Part shown: positions 1 to 11,475 of the stretch, piece after piece
Layout: each line of letters opens with the position of its first letter
How positions within the stretch are numbered: the stretch's first letter is position 1
Assembly: GCA_946965045.2 (NCBI GenBank)
Contig: OX337230.1
Coordinates: forward strand, 620,001 to 684,000
Origin: Epithemia pelagica
Taxonomy: Eukaryota > Protista > Bacillariophyta
Length of the DNA stretch: 64,000 nucleotides
Direction: 5' to 3'
Translations under genes and position numbers: made by a program
Notes under the pieces: model-generated
The model's database searches: none
What the model saw: only the letters and a program-made list of their open reading frames with translations
Told to the model about the DNA's origin: nothing

Positions 1-1
1 C

Positions 2-3000
2 ATTTGTGTCCGGGGACCACCCCTCTTTGGAGGATATGCCCCCGTGTGGACGAGCAATAGTAGTAATGACACGTCGTCGTCGAATCCATTGTCGCGTCGT
101 GGCGACGATTGCTTGTTGCCCGGCGGGTGGTTTGATACGGGCGATTTGGGCTATCTCGATGCCGACGGTTACTTGTACATTACCGGACGGTCCAAGGAAG
201 TCATTAATCGAGGGGGTGAAATTATCTCCCCCCTCGAAGTCGAAGAAGCCTGCATGGCCCATCCCGACATTGACACGGCCGTGGCCTTTGCCGCCCAACA
301 TGACGTGTTGCAAGAAGTCGTGGCCCTGGTCGTCGTACCGGCGACCACCACCACCAATAACAATACCAAGACGCAACCATTGTCCACCAGCACGACAACC
401 ACGAGACGGATCCCCAAAAAGATTGATTTACCAGGCTTGCATGCCTTTTTGGGTCAAGGTCGATTGGCGGCGCCCAAATGGCCCCAATGTTTGGTGTACA
501 TGGATGCCGTTCCCAAATCCCATACCAACAAATTGTTACGGGTCAAGCTGGGAGAACGATTGAAATTGCCACAATTCCATGATTCCATGTATCCCATTGA
601 ACGAACCTTTCAAGCCACTTGTCCGCCCCTGGGCACACCCCTGTCGGTACCCATCCCGTGTCAACCCGTCACGGTCCATCCACAAACCGTACAAGATATT
701 TTGCAACACGAATTTGTCAATCAACTACCACCCCTTCCTGCATCATCATCATCTCCTTCCACTCGAGAATTGGCAGTGACACTGCATCCCCTCAAATTGG
801 GTCATTTGGTCGTCCATGTCTACAACATTCATCGAATGGAGGTCATTGAAGCTGCGCAAGAATTGCTCGATGCCTATACGATGCCCAGTCATGTTTGCAC
901 CTTAACGGCACCCGTGGCCCATTCGGACCTGACACGAATCATACCGGAACCCTCCGATGCGGTCGCCAGTATTTTGCAACAAGCCATGGGACAAGGACCG
1001 ACAGCGGATCCGTTGGTTTCCAATTTACAACAAGTCTTTCAAGACTTGTTGGATTTGGATTGTCAACCGGCACCCGATACCAACTTTTTTCATTTGGGTG
1101 GATCGTCCATGATGGCCTCACAACTGGCGAGCAAGATACGAAAGATTCATAATGTGGCCTTTGGTGGTGCCGAAGTCTTTCATCATCCCAATTGTTCCGC
1201 CATTGCGGATGTGATTCGCGAACGACGAGGCGAAATTGGCATGAAGCGCTCCCTCTCGTCTGTTACCAACAACGCAAGCATCCGAGACAAGGCGAGTTTG
1301 GCGGCCTCGTCCCTCTTTTCGCAAAAGCTCAACTTGGATGGCGTCAAATTCGATTCTACACGGATCCATGTCGAACCAGACTGGAAAGTGCACCTGTTGC
1401 AACTTCTCCCACTCTTTGTCATTCATCCCTTGTGGCAATTGACGCGGTTCTTTATGTTTTTCCAAACCTTGCTAGTAGTACTGAAACGAGTTCCCAATGA
1501 AGACAATCTTGTGGCCTTTGTCATAACGCTGGTTACCTTTCATTTCATTTGGATTGTCATCACTCCGCTGGTATTTGTGGCCATCAAATGGATCGTCATT
1601 GGCAAGTACAAAGCGGGGCGGTATCCAATTTGGGGCGAATACTACATGAGATGGTGGTTTGTCGATATATTGCGCAAAATGATTGGACTTGGCTTTTATG
1701 GGAGCAGTGAGGCACTGTTGCGAGAGTACTACCGCTGGTGTGGTGCCACGATTGGAACGGGGGCACGAATTTCCGTGTCCGCCGACATTGCCGAATTTGA
1801 TTTGGTTCACATTGGAGAGGAAGCCGCAATCGACTTTAGCGTTGTTCGAGGCTTTGCAGTGGACAGTGGCTGTGCTCTGTTGGGACCCGTTACGGTGGGA
1901 AATCACGCAAGTGTGAGCATTCGGGCCATTGTTGCGCCCCATACCTCCATTCCAGACCACACACATCTCAGTCCAGGGGGCACAAGCTACGAAATCCACG
2001 CCGGCGAACCAGGACAAGACATTCAACATCTCCGTTACAATCGATATGCCATGCCAGGCCCGAATTTTTGGTATGCGACTTTCATTACGGCACCCATTGT
2101 GACCTTGGTCGAATATTTGTCCCATATTCCGGCCTTGGCCATCTTTTGGTACATGGTTCAGCAACCGTGGCGATCCAATCACGAGCCATTTGATTCCATA
2201 CCCGACTTGATGCAATGGCTTTGTGATCCAAGGAGAATACCATACTACATTTGTATACGGATTGCACGAGCCATTGGGGCTCCAGTGGTTCACATGCTTC
2301 TTGCCGTCCTCATCAAGAGGCTGATCATTGGCAAGTTTCGTCCCGGACCACGTGACACCACATCCAATTGGCAATTGGTTCGACATCAACTGGCCAGTAA
2401 ACTTTTTACCCGGGAAAAGATGAATGACTTTACCGAATTGATTGGTCGTCACTATGAACTGGTCAGTGTTCTGTACCGGTGTCTGGGTGCCAAGGTGGGG
2501 AAACGCGTCTTTTGGCCTGGTCAACAACCGGTCTTTTCCGGTGAATTTGATTTGCTCGAAATTGGAGACGATGTCGTGTTTGGATCTCGATCCGCCATTT
2601 ATTGCAGTACAATCGATTCCTGTGACCGTGTCGTGTTGTGTGCCGGTTCCAACATGGCGGACAATACAGTCGTCTTGCCGGGATCGATTTTGGGCAAGAA
2701 TGCCGTTTTGGGATCCAATGCCATTTGTCCTCAAAACCGGTACCTTTCCGAAGGGAGTATTTGGTTTGGTGCACGATGTGGAGAGCCAGTCTTGTTGGGG
2801 AAGGGTGTGGACGATCAAATGAGTATGGACTCGAGCAATGTGAGCAAGGACCATATTCCACTACAAGGAGATGACAGCACGATCCGGCCTTTTGGCCGGG
2901 CCTTTTACCAAAGTGCGGCCTCCTATTTTGTTGTGCCCATTCCCTTGATTCTGCTGTATACATTCTTTACCAAGGTCCTGATTGCGGCCATTCAAACCAT

Positions 3001-3919
3001 GCCGATTTTGGGTGCCCTCTATTTGTCGGCTGGTATTTTGTTTGGCTTTGATACTGTGGTGGATGATTACGACAGTTACAGACTGTCCTTGTGGGGCCTG
3101 TACAGTACCATGGGATGGGCCATGTTGCTAGCCAATGCTAGTTTTCTCCTCTGCTGGCTCACGATTGAAGTCTCCGCCAAATGGATCTTTATGGGTCGTC
3201 GCCAGGAGGGGACCTTTAGCTGGGACACCTCGACTTATTCGCAGAATTGGGAATTTTATCAATTGGCCTGTCGCATCCGGTCCATGGGACGAAGTACGGT
3301 CTTGGACTTTTTATCGGGCACGTCGTGGCTGGCCTGGTTTTTTCGATTGCTCGGTGCCAAGATTGGATCCAATTGTTGTTTGTATCCCAGTCGTGCCGAT
3401 TTGATCATGACGGAACCCGACTTGGTTGCCATGGGAGACCGTGTGGTATTGGATTGTGCCCATGTCGTGGCACATTTGAATACGCGAGGCAATTTTGAAT
3501 TGAAACGCATCGAATTGGAATCCAATGTCACGTTACGGAATAGTAGTCGTGTCCAACAAGGCGTCCGGATGGAGACGGGGTCCATGTTGTTGGAAAAGGC
3601 CTTGGTCTTGACCGGTGAAGTGGTGGAAGCAGACAGTATCTGGATTGGTGCACCCGCCTCACGATTGTCGTCGTCATCCTCGTCGGAAACGAGTAGTTTG
3701 GGATCGCGTCCGTCTCTACAAGACATGGGGGCTGCGGAAACGGGACCCTCCCCTTCCAGGAATGCGTCGTCCTCCCTACGGATACCACCATACAATGCGA
3801 ATAGTACCAATGCCACTGGAAGGAATCGTGGTGGCAATGACCCAGTTGTGCAAATTGTAGGCCTGGCCAACCATAAAGGATTGGGAGAAAATGGATTGGA
3901 AGGTTTTGTCCTTGTATAA
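2..3919 (+). CDS. NRPS-like membrane-bound synthetase (A-domain C-terminal half + carrier protein + three TM/left-handed beta-helix units; Pls/TIGR02353-like C-terminus); 5' end lies outside the window
   Basis: Frame is open from base 2 (ICVRGPPLFGGY). Adenylation motifs: TGDLGYLDADGYLYITGRSKEVINRGGE and PKSHTNKLLR. Carrier-protein motif DTNFFHLGGSSMMASQL, Ser near 1103. Three repeats of hydrophobic segment + KW/KR-xx-GK/GR + GAxIG/GAKVG hexapeptide stretches. Confidence 0.85.
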   Translation: MCVRGPPLFGGYAPVWTSNSSNDTSSSNPLSRRGDDCLLPGGWFDTGDLGYLDADGYLYITGRSKEVINRGGEIISPLEVEEACMAHPDIDTAVAFAAQHDVLQEVVALVVVPATTTTNNNTKTQPLSTSTTTTRRIPKKIDLPGLHAFLGQGRLAAPKWPQCLVYMDAVPKSHTNKLLRVKLGERLKLPQFHDSMYPIERTFQATCPPLGTPLSVPIPCQPVTVHPQTVQDILQHEFVNQLPPLPASSSSPSTRELAVTLHPLKLGHLVVHVYNIHRMEVIEAAQELLDAYTMPSHVCTLTAPVAHSDLTRIIPEPSDAVASILQQAMGQGPTADPLVSNLQQVFQDLLDLDCQPAPDTNFFHLGGSSMMASQLASKIRKIHNVAFGGAEVFHHPNCSAIADVIRERRGEIGMKRSLSSVTNNASIRDKASLAASSLFSQKLNLDGVKFDSTRIHVEPDWKVHLLQLLPLFVIHPLWQLTRFFMFFQTLLVVLKRVPNEDNLVAFVITLVTFHFIWIVITPLVFVAIKWIVIGKYKAGRYPIWGEYYMRWWFVDILRKMIGLGFYGSSEALLREYYRWCGATIGTGARISVSADIAEFDLVHIGEEAAIDFSVVRGFAVDSGCALLGPVTVGNHASVSIRAIVAPHTSIPDHTHLSPGGTSYEIHAGEPGQDIQHLRYNRYAMPGPNFWYATFITAPIVTLVEYLSHIPALAIFWYMVQQPWRSNHEPFDSIPDLMQWLCDPRRIPYYICIRIARAIGAPVVHMLLAVLIKRLIIGKFRPGPRDTTSNWQLVRHQLASKLFTREKMNDFTELIGRHYELVSVLYRCLGAKVGKRVFWPGQQPVFSGEFDLLEIGDDVVFGSRSAIYCSTIDSCDRVVLCAGSNMADNTVVLPGSILGKNAVLGSNAICPQNRYLSEGSIWFGARCGEPVLLGKGVDDQMSMDSSNVSKDHIPLQGDDSTIRPFGRAFYQSAASYFVVPIPLILLYTFFTKVLIAAIQTMPILGALYLSAGILFGFDTVVDDYDSYRLSLWGLYSTMGWAMLLANASFLLCWLTIEVSAKWIFMGRRQEGTFSWDTSTYSQNWEFYQLACRIRSMGRSTVLDFLSGTSWLAWFFRLLGAKIGSNCCLYPSRADLIMTEPDLVAMGDRVVLDCAHVVAHLNTRGNFELKRIELESNVTLRNSSRVQQGVRMETGSMLLEKALVLTGEVVEADSIWIGAPASRLSSSSSSETSSLGSRPSLQDMGAAETGPSPSRNASSSLRIPPYNANSTNATGRNRGGNDPVVQIVGLANHKGLGENGLEGFVLV

Positions 3920-4406
3920 TAATAATAATAGTGTTTCGAGTAGATCAAGTTGCCGAATAAGGTACTAATACGAGTAGTAGTATAGTTATATGCATTCTAT
4001 CAAACCCATTTTTCGTTGTCCTCTGTGCCAAAGACAAAGTGTCAGGTGAGATGGTGGTTGTGGAGAATCGAAACAGGATCGAGTGTCCGGACAACGACGA
4101 CGACAATGACAGCCCTTTTTGTGTGTGTATCTCTTTCAAAGACAGTGTGTGGTTCCTCGAAATAAAGTCACAAACACACACTGACACACACCTCCTGGCC
4201 CACTCTGTATCTGTATAGTAGTATATTCAGAACCCTCTCTCTATAGTCAGAACCCTCTCTCCTCCCAACCCAAATGACACACACAAAAGTAAAGCCATCA
4301 CACGGACCTTCTTGTTGTTGTTGCGGCTCGGAGGATCTCGGTTTCCATGGCGTTTTGGAAGAATTCAGGATTCTGCCAACAACAACGACGACGACGATGG
4401 TCCAGG

Positions 4407-5756
4407 TCATTGTCGTTGTCTTTGGAGTGGCGGTAGATGACTTTCTCGCAACCACAACATGGTCTCCCAAAGATGGAGCATTGCGCTGCTGTTGTTGGAT
4501 GCATTCGAGATGCGAGCCAAGGGAAACGACGACAGATCAACGTGCCAACCATGACGCACCACCAACACCACGAAAAACTGCAAAAACTCGTGATGGATAT
4601 CCTCCACACCAACAGCCGGCAGGAGCATCATTCCTGCTCTACTAGAATGCTGCGGCATCCGACACGATTTCGTAGTGGTGGGTTTATTGTTGGGAGGAAT
4701 GATCTTGGTCTGGTTGTTCTTTATGGTGTTGTTGTTGTTGTTCGGAGTGATGGTGCTGCTGGAGGATTGGTGGTCCAAACGGTGGAGGATTGGAGGAGGA
4801 CGACGACGACACCAAGCATCCGACCAGGACCAGGATGCATCTCGACCACAACCAGGCGGTGGTGGTGATTGTGATTGTTGTGGTTGCCGTTGTCGTCGGC
4901 AACGATACCAAAGCAAGACGAGAACCAACAGTCCTCCTGCTCCCAGACTAGTCGCCACCAGGACAGCCAATCGACGCAGTCTCCCTGGACAACGAGAAAC
5001 GACACACGACCGACAGTATGCGCGCAAGGATTTCACCAGTGCATGTTTCCAGGAGAAGGAGGAGGAGCCACCACTGCGAAACAACCACGACGACCACTGT
5101 GTTGGGACAACCCGTCGAGTCCACCCGCATCGCTCGAGTAACCTATTCATCAACAACGATGAGCAGGGTTCCTGGTCCAACACGCATGATGATGATGAGG
5201 ATGATGAGAAGGACTGCTGATGGAGGGGATGGTGTTCCGGTGGTACTGCCATGGAATCGGTTCGATTGTCATGTTGTGTTACGATACCAATGGGGCTGTC
5301 AATGGTGTTGTGTTGTTGGTGGTGATCCTCGACCGTCTCCTCCCGTATCGACAACAAACCAGTGTCCTCTTTGTCGTCCACTAGACTCCATGGTTCCGGG
5401 TGACAGGGGTCTTCTTGTTGTTCTTGTTCCGACAAGAATGGTTCCTCCTGGGTGGTTCCTACTTCTTTCTCCACAACAAAAAGTTCTGGATCGTTCTTGT
5501 CCTTGTCCTCCTTGTCGAATGATACCATGTGGTGGTCAGGAATGGAATTTTCATTCTTGGTGGTGGTATCGTTCTGTTTCTCGGCAACTGCTACGGCTTG
5601 GTCCACCAGAACCACGTCGTCGGACGACAACAACGACACGGTCGAGGAGCTTGCATCCTCGTCTTGTCGTCCTTGGTCGGGAGGTGCTGTGGTTGTTGCT
5701 AATACCAAAGGATGATTCTCTGGACCAGTATCGGTGGCCGAAGCGTCACGAGACAT
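4407..5756 (-). CDS. Hypothetical low-complexity protein with one putative TM segment
   Basis: 449-aa ATG-initiated ORF with acidic, low-complexity N-half and hydrophobic LAVLVATSLGAGGLLVLVLLWY. No recognisable domain. Confidence 0.4.
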   Translation of the reverse strand: MSRDASATDTGPENHPLVLATTTAPPDQGRQDEDASSSTVSLLSSDDVVLVDQAVAVAEKQNDTTTKNENSIPDHHMVSFDKEDKDKNDPELFVVEKEVGTTQEEPFLSEQEQQEDPCHPEPWSLVDDKEDTGLLSIREETVEDHHQQHNTIDSPIGIVTQHDNRTDSMAVPPEHHPLHQQSFSSSSSSSCVLDQEPCSSLLMNRLLERCGWTRRVVPTQWSSWLFRSGGSSSFSWKHALVKSLRAYCRSCVVSRCPGRLRRLAVLVATSLGAGGLLVLVLLWYRCRRQRQPQQSQSPPPPGCGRDASWSWSDAWCRRRPPPILHRLDHQSSSSTITPNNNNNTIKNNQTKIIPPNNKPTTTKSCRMPQHSSRAGMMLLPAVGVEDIHHEFLQFFVVLVVRHGWHVDLSSFPLARISNASNNSSAMLHLWETMLWLRESHLPPLQRQRQ

Positions 5757-6210
5757 GGTCTATTTTGTTGGCTTTCTTGTTTTGTTGTGTGCCAAAAAAA
5801 TCCAAGAGACGACGAGAGAGAGGCGAAATGCGACAACAAAAGATACCTTTTTTGTGGTGACGGACAGACATATGAACGGGGGGTATAATAGGGGAAAAGC
5901 AAAAAAGGGATCACGCACGGACTGCGTGGGTTGTATGGAAGCGATATATTACAAAGAGTGTGGAAGCAAAAACTTCCGACAAGACGAAGACGAATTTTGG
6001 GATATATGAATATGTCTTTGTTTACGATGGATCGCCATTTGGAGCCAAGGTGGAACCTCTCCAACCACACACATTGCCTGTTTTGCTTTTGTCGTCGTCC
6101 TTGAAGAGGAAATCAATAAACGAAAGACATTCACCGAGAATAGAAACACCACATTCGTATTGAACCAAAACACACATTTGATAAGGAAAACACAAAACAG
6201 GCTCAAAATC

Positions 6211-8985
6211 ATGTGGATTGACTTGTCGTCGCCCTTTTTCTTGTCCACCGTGGCCTTGGCATCTGTCGTCTTGGTCTATGGCTATTTGGTCACTTCCGTC
6301 TTGCCCTATTCAGGCTTTTTGGTTCTGGCCTTGTTTCAGGAACCATCACACAACAATAACCACGAGTCGTCGACCACCACTACAACAACCACCATTACCG
6401 AAGAAACGGTGGGATATTATGCCGGTTGGATTACCAGTAGTTTCATGGTGGGACGAGCCTTGACCTCGTATGGCTGGAGCAAGGCGGCCAATGTGCATGG
6501 ACGGACCCGTATTTTGGTGTGGAGTTTGGCCTTGTCGGTCGTGTTGTCGCTCGGCTTTGGACTGTCCACCACCTTTGCCATGGCACTCCTCTTGCGATTT
6601 GGACTGTACGTGTATGTTGGTTGTGTTTGGGCCTCTGAGAGAGAGAGAGAGAGAAAACAAAGAGACTCGGCAAGAATTCTCCATGGCTCTACCAAAGAAT
6701 CAATCCATGGAATCATCTCTTTTGAAATGTGAATCTAACAGTTCTGTCTTTCGATTACTCTAATATACAGTGGATTGAGCAACGGATTGATTGGAACGGC
6801 CAAGACGGGTACGTGGATTCACTTTTTTGGGCTGCTTGGACAATGATGACACTCACCAAACAAACTATATATCCCTTGCTTATCTATCTATCCACCAACA
6901 GTCTTGACGGAAATTGCGGGAGGAGACGAAATTCGAGAATCGCGCAGTGTCGGTGTGTGTATGAGCATGTATGGATGGGCCTTGTTGTTTAGTCCCATGG
7001 TATCCGGTCTCTTGGCCGATCCCTTGCGACAATATCCCTTTTTGGTTCCGTCGGAATCAACGTGGTATTATGCTCTGTTGCAACGATTCCCCTTTGTGTT
7101 GCCCAATGTGGTGGCCGCCATTGTTTGTCTGGGATCTTTGATTCTCGTCCACTGCTTGGTTCCCGAAACCTTGGTGCGTCCCCCTCCCACTCAACCATCA
7201 CCACAGTCAACAAAAACCACAACCACATCTTCTCGATCGGTAACCTCCCTTGTTTGCCAATGGTGGAAGGCCGTCTGGGGACAATCCACCCAACAAGACA
7301 CTGGGACGAATCATTCAAACAAGGAAGAACAAGATCTCCTATCACCCATTGTCAATCCTCCACAACCAACAACAAAATCATCATCATCGTCATCCTTGGC
7401 AGTGTCTGCGACGCAGCAACCCCACACTGGGAATCAATCCCCAAACAACAACGACGACGACGACATGCCAAGCCTTTATGGAACTCTTGGTACCACCGAC
7501 GACCACCAACGAAAATCACTGACATCCACTCGTATCGACACAAAGGATTCGTACCACACCAAGACGGATCCTCTCCGCCGTGGGGCTTCGGCATCCTCCT
7601 CCTCGGAAACATCCCTCACCAATCTGCAATTGCCTCAAGACATTGTCTTGTTGGCAGCCCAAACCGATATTCAGACAGCCCTTCGGGCTTCGGTACAAGC
7701 CTTTCATGTGGAAGAAGGATCTCTCATGTCGTCCATTCAGTATCGACAACGATTGTCGGCGGCCTTGGTCAAACGACGAACCACCCTCCTGGCCGCGGCC
7801 GCTCAGACACAACCACAACCAACGGCATCTCATACAGAATCGGATACCAATGGTACTAGGGAATCAACATGGAACAACAACACGACCACACCATCCACAA
7901 GGAACAATGAAATTGCTCCCCCATCCACCGACAGGGCGCCCAACAGTGGAGATATGGCAGAGTCCAACACAGAAACTGAAGCCACGATTGCGTCGTTGTG
8001 GGCCATGAAAGCCACACGGCGGCAACTCATTGTATTTTGGTAAGCTTGCGTGTTGGACTGGTTTCGGGTCGAGGTTCCAAAGGCTCTGGAGTGCGTCTGT
8101 CCTAGAATCTCGTAGTGTATCTCGAATGTGCACTCTCTCATATGCGTGAATCCATGTCTCGATTTCTACCACAGGTTGGGAACCTTTTTTATGCATTCCG
8201 TCGATGAGAGCATTCCCTTGTTTCTCATGTCTCGCAAAGGTGGTTTGGGCTTATCGGCCGTGGCCATTGGGACAGTCTTGTCCTTGTCGGGTGGCATTTT
8301 TGTTAAATTGCAGTACTTTGTCTATGCCTATCTGGTGGATGTCTATGGATTGTATGGGTCCATGAAAGTGGGGACCCTCGGGATGTGGCCCTTGATTGCC
8401 TTGATCCCCCTAGTACTCTTTCTCAATGAGACTGGGTCCATGGTCGACCTCACCTCCAATGTCGAAGCCGCCGTCTTTCATCGGAACAAAGAGACAACAA
8501 TCAACACGACGACGACTACAATCAATGACACATCTGAAACTCTGTCCTCCCCTTCCATGATTCATGTGGAGGGTCAAACGATTGCGGGGACACACTTTCA
8601 CAACAACAACAATGACGGCCACAACGAATATGGACATTTAACCTGGGCGGCCTTGATTTATTTGACGCTCGTACTCTCCGTGTCACGCATGTGTTCCTTT
8701 ACCTTTCTGTCCTCCTTGGTGGTAACCATGAATCGATCCGTCCCCAATCCGTCCCATCGAGGAGCCATGAATGGATTTTGTACCATGGGTGCCAGTGTGG
8801 CCAAAGCCTTGGGACCACCCTTTGCCGGATTGCTCGTGGCATTTTGCCTTTCGGCGGGTGTCTTCTCCACACCCTCGGCGGGTGCCATTGTCATGTTTGT
8901 GGCGTTGGCAAGTTTGGGCGGTCTCACCGCCCTTGGTGTGACGCTCCTCCTTCGCGAAGAGACGGCAAAGAATGGATCCTTGTAA
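6211..8985 (+). CDS. MFS transporter, ZIFL/TOM1-like; 4 exons (6211-6605, 6771-6808, 6902-8039, 8174-8985)
   Basis: GYYAGWITSSFMVGR, splice-joined GLGLSNGLIGTAKTVLTEI, SPMVSGLLADP, RFPFVLPNVV, GAMNG..GASVAKALGPPFAG. All three GT..AG introns keep the frame. Confidence 0.85.
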
Positions 8986-9398
8986 CACAGAAACAAACAA
9001 AGAAACAGCAGGCCACATTGTTGGTATCAAGTCTGTGGTACAATGCTTGCAAAAGAAACCGCATCGCTGTCACCAACAAACAGAACGATATTCAATGGCT
9101 TGAATCTTGTAGAGTATTGGATTGGACTTTGAAGGGAGTTTTCGTTGATGATTGAATCTCTAAGAGACACTGCGCATTAGTCGCAGGCGTGGGGAAACCA
9201 CCACCACAATCACAAGAACCAAGGCATCCAGAGAGACTCAAAGTCGGATCAAAATTGACAGAAAAAGCTCCAAACGTCCGAGGTTCCGACCGGAAACTAT
9301 TTTTCGTCGTTTGCTAGAGGGACGTGGCATACACTCCCATGGTATTTCATTTCATGGAATGTCTGTGTTTTCCTGAATGTTGAATTCCAGCAAACCAG

Positions 9399-10146
9399 CG
9401 ATCAATGCGATGAATCCCTCTAGTCCCAGAAACATCCGTATTCCTTTGTTGGATGGTTGGTGGATTGGATCACGATTCCTTCCAAAACAAGCTGTGCTCT
9501 TCATTCTCCGGATCGTCGTCCTCGTCATCCCCCAAGGTTCCTGGTATCACTGTCGTCGTCTCGAATGCCTGTGCTGGTTGTGGCATCCACCCGTTTTGAA
9601 CGGCAACTTGTTGGTGGGCCATGGAAAGCAAGGTTTCCAACTTCGCACGAGTCGCTTGCAAGGTGGCATTTCTCGTTTGCAATTCCATACAGGTTTGTCG
9701 CAAGGCTTGTTCCTTGGCCTTTTGATCTCGTCGTCGTTGTGAGGATCGTCGGGCCGTGGCGGATCGTCGATCAATGCGATGAATCCCTCTAGTCCCAGAA
9801 ACATCCGTATTCCTTTGTTGGATGGTTGGTGGATTGGATCACGATTCCTTCCAAAACAAGCTGTGCTCTTCATTCTCCGGGTCGTCGTCCTCGTCATCCC
9901 CCAAGGTTCCTGGTATCACTGTCGTCGTCTCGAATGCAAGTGCTGGTGATTGTAGCTGTGGAATCCACCCGTTTCGAAGGGCAACTTGTGTTTGGGCCCT
10001 GCACAGCAAGGTTTCCAACTGCGCACGAGTCGCTTGCAAGGTGGCATTTCTCGTTTGCAATTCCATACAGGTTTGTCGCAAGGCTTGTTCCTTGGCCTTT
10101 TGTTCTCGTCGTCGTTGTGAGGATCGTCGGGCCGTGGCGGATCGAT
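9399..10146. repeat. Tandem direct duplication, ~370-bp unit (9399-9767 and 9768-~10146)
   Basis: Both copies begin cgatcaatgcgatgaatccctctagtccc and end gggccgtggcggatcg; scattered substitutions and a small indel. Confidence 0.95.
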
Positions 10147-11475
10147 GGTCGTGTTGTTTGGCGTGTGCGGTCCAGAACAGGTCTTGATCGAGGTTCCACT
10201 GCCGCTTCCACCACGACTCAAAGGCATTCCAGTCTCCTCCAATGGTCGTGGGCAATTTGCGTCGGGACAAGCCATGGACGTGCAATTGCTGCAACAAGTC
10301 GTTGGTCGATTCGGCTTGATGAACGCGCACAATATGGGACCACTGCGGTCCCAACAAGTTGTGCGTGATATAGTCGGCCAAATCGTGTTGATAGGGACCA
10401 AAGTGATGCGGTGGAAATACGACATGCCACACGACACTGCGAATGGGCAGGGCCGTGTAAATCAATTCCAAGGCAAACGAGACCAAGCCTGGGGTCGTCG
10501 GTGCCTCCCGAAAAATGGACATGAGGACAAAGCCATGGGTTTGCGAAATGGGATTTTGAAAGGCCACAATGTGATAAAAGTACCAATGCCATTTCAATTT
10601 GCAAGAGCGAAACTGGGGAAAGGAATGCGCTGGTTTGTAATGAGACGAATCGGTCACCATGACAGTGCGTCCCTGCGAATCCTTGGGCAAAATCTTGGCC
10701 ACGCCGGTCCGAAAGACATCCATGTCCATGGCATTAAAGGCACTTTGTCGTTGAGGAGGAGGATGGTCGTCCGGAGGATGCTGGTCATTTGGACCATCCG
10801 CAGTTCCGGGTGCATAATCGTCCAATGGCACCAAGGAAATGGAAAGAGGCAAGTAAAACGGATCGTCACAAGATGGGGGAGGTCTCCACTCCTCGGTTTC
10901 TTGCAACGAGGCTGTGGATGGCTCCTGCGACAAGAAACTAGAAGGATGTGGTGTGTCGCGTCCGTAGAAGTAGTAGCAATGTCATCGAGAGAAAACAAGT
11001 GTCGTCGCATCTTCCAATACTTGGCCAATCGTTGACAGGCCCGTTCCATATGGCCATCTTCCACGGCCACAAATCGATCCCAGGGCGTTTCCTGTGCCAC
11101 CAAGTGGGGCACAACGTGCAAGGCATGCATCAAATCGGCCTTGTCGGACGGGTCGACCACGGCATGGTGCAAGGCGGTTTGAAATTCTTGCGACTGCCAC
11201 CACGGCACAAAGGACGGATTGTTGTTGTCAATGTTAGTGTTATTATTATTGTTGTGGTCATGGCCGTGGGTTTCCTTGTTGTTGGACAAGAAAGGCGTTG
11301 GGAAAGTGGTGGTTGCTTGTGTTGAATTGGCAGTAGCTGCTGCTCCATTCACTCCATCCTCCTCCATGGCGGCTGTCTCATCGTTGCACGTCACGACCGC
11401 GGCCGGTTTTCGATCATCATTATCCTCATCATTCGCTGCGGCAGACCTTGGTTCTGGTGGTGGTTGGTCTTGCAT
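9839..11475 (-). CDS. CRAL/TRIO-like lipid-binding domain protein with C-terminal bZIP-like region; frame break near 10935-11000
   Basis: N-part ERACQRLAKYWKMRRHLF; middle GVAKILPKDSQGRTVMV..LPTTIGGDW; C-terminal basic region + heptad leucines RRSSQRRREQK..LQTRNATLQATRAQLETLL. Two ORFs (10654-11481, 9839-10933) must be joined by a short weak-donor intron or an indel. Confidence 0.6.
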
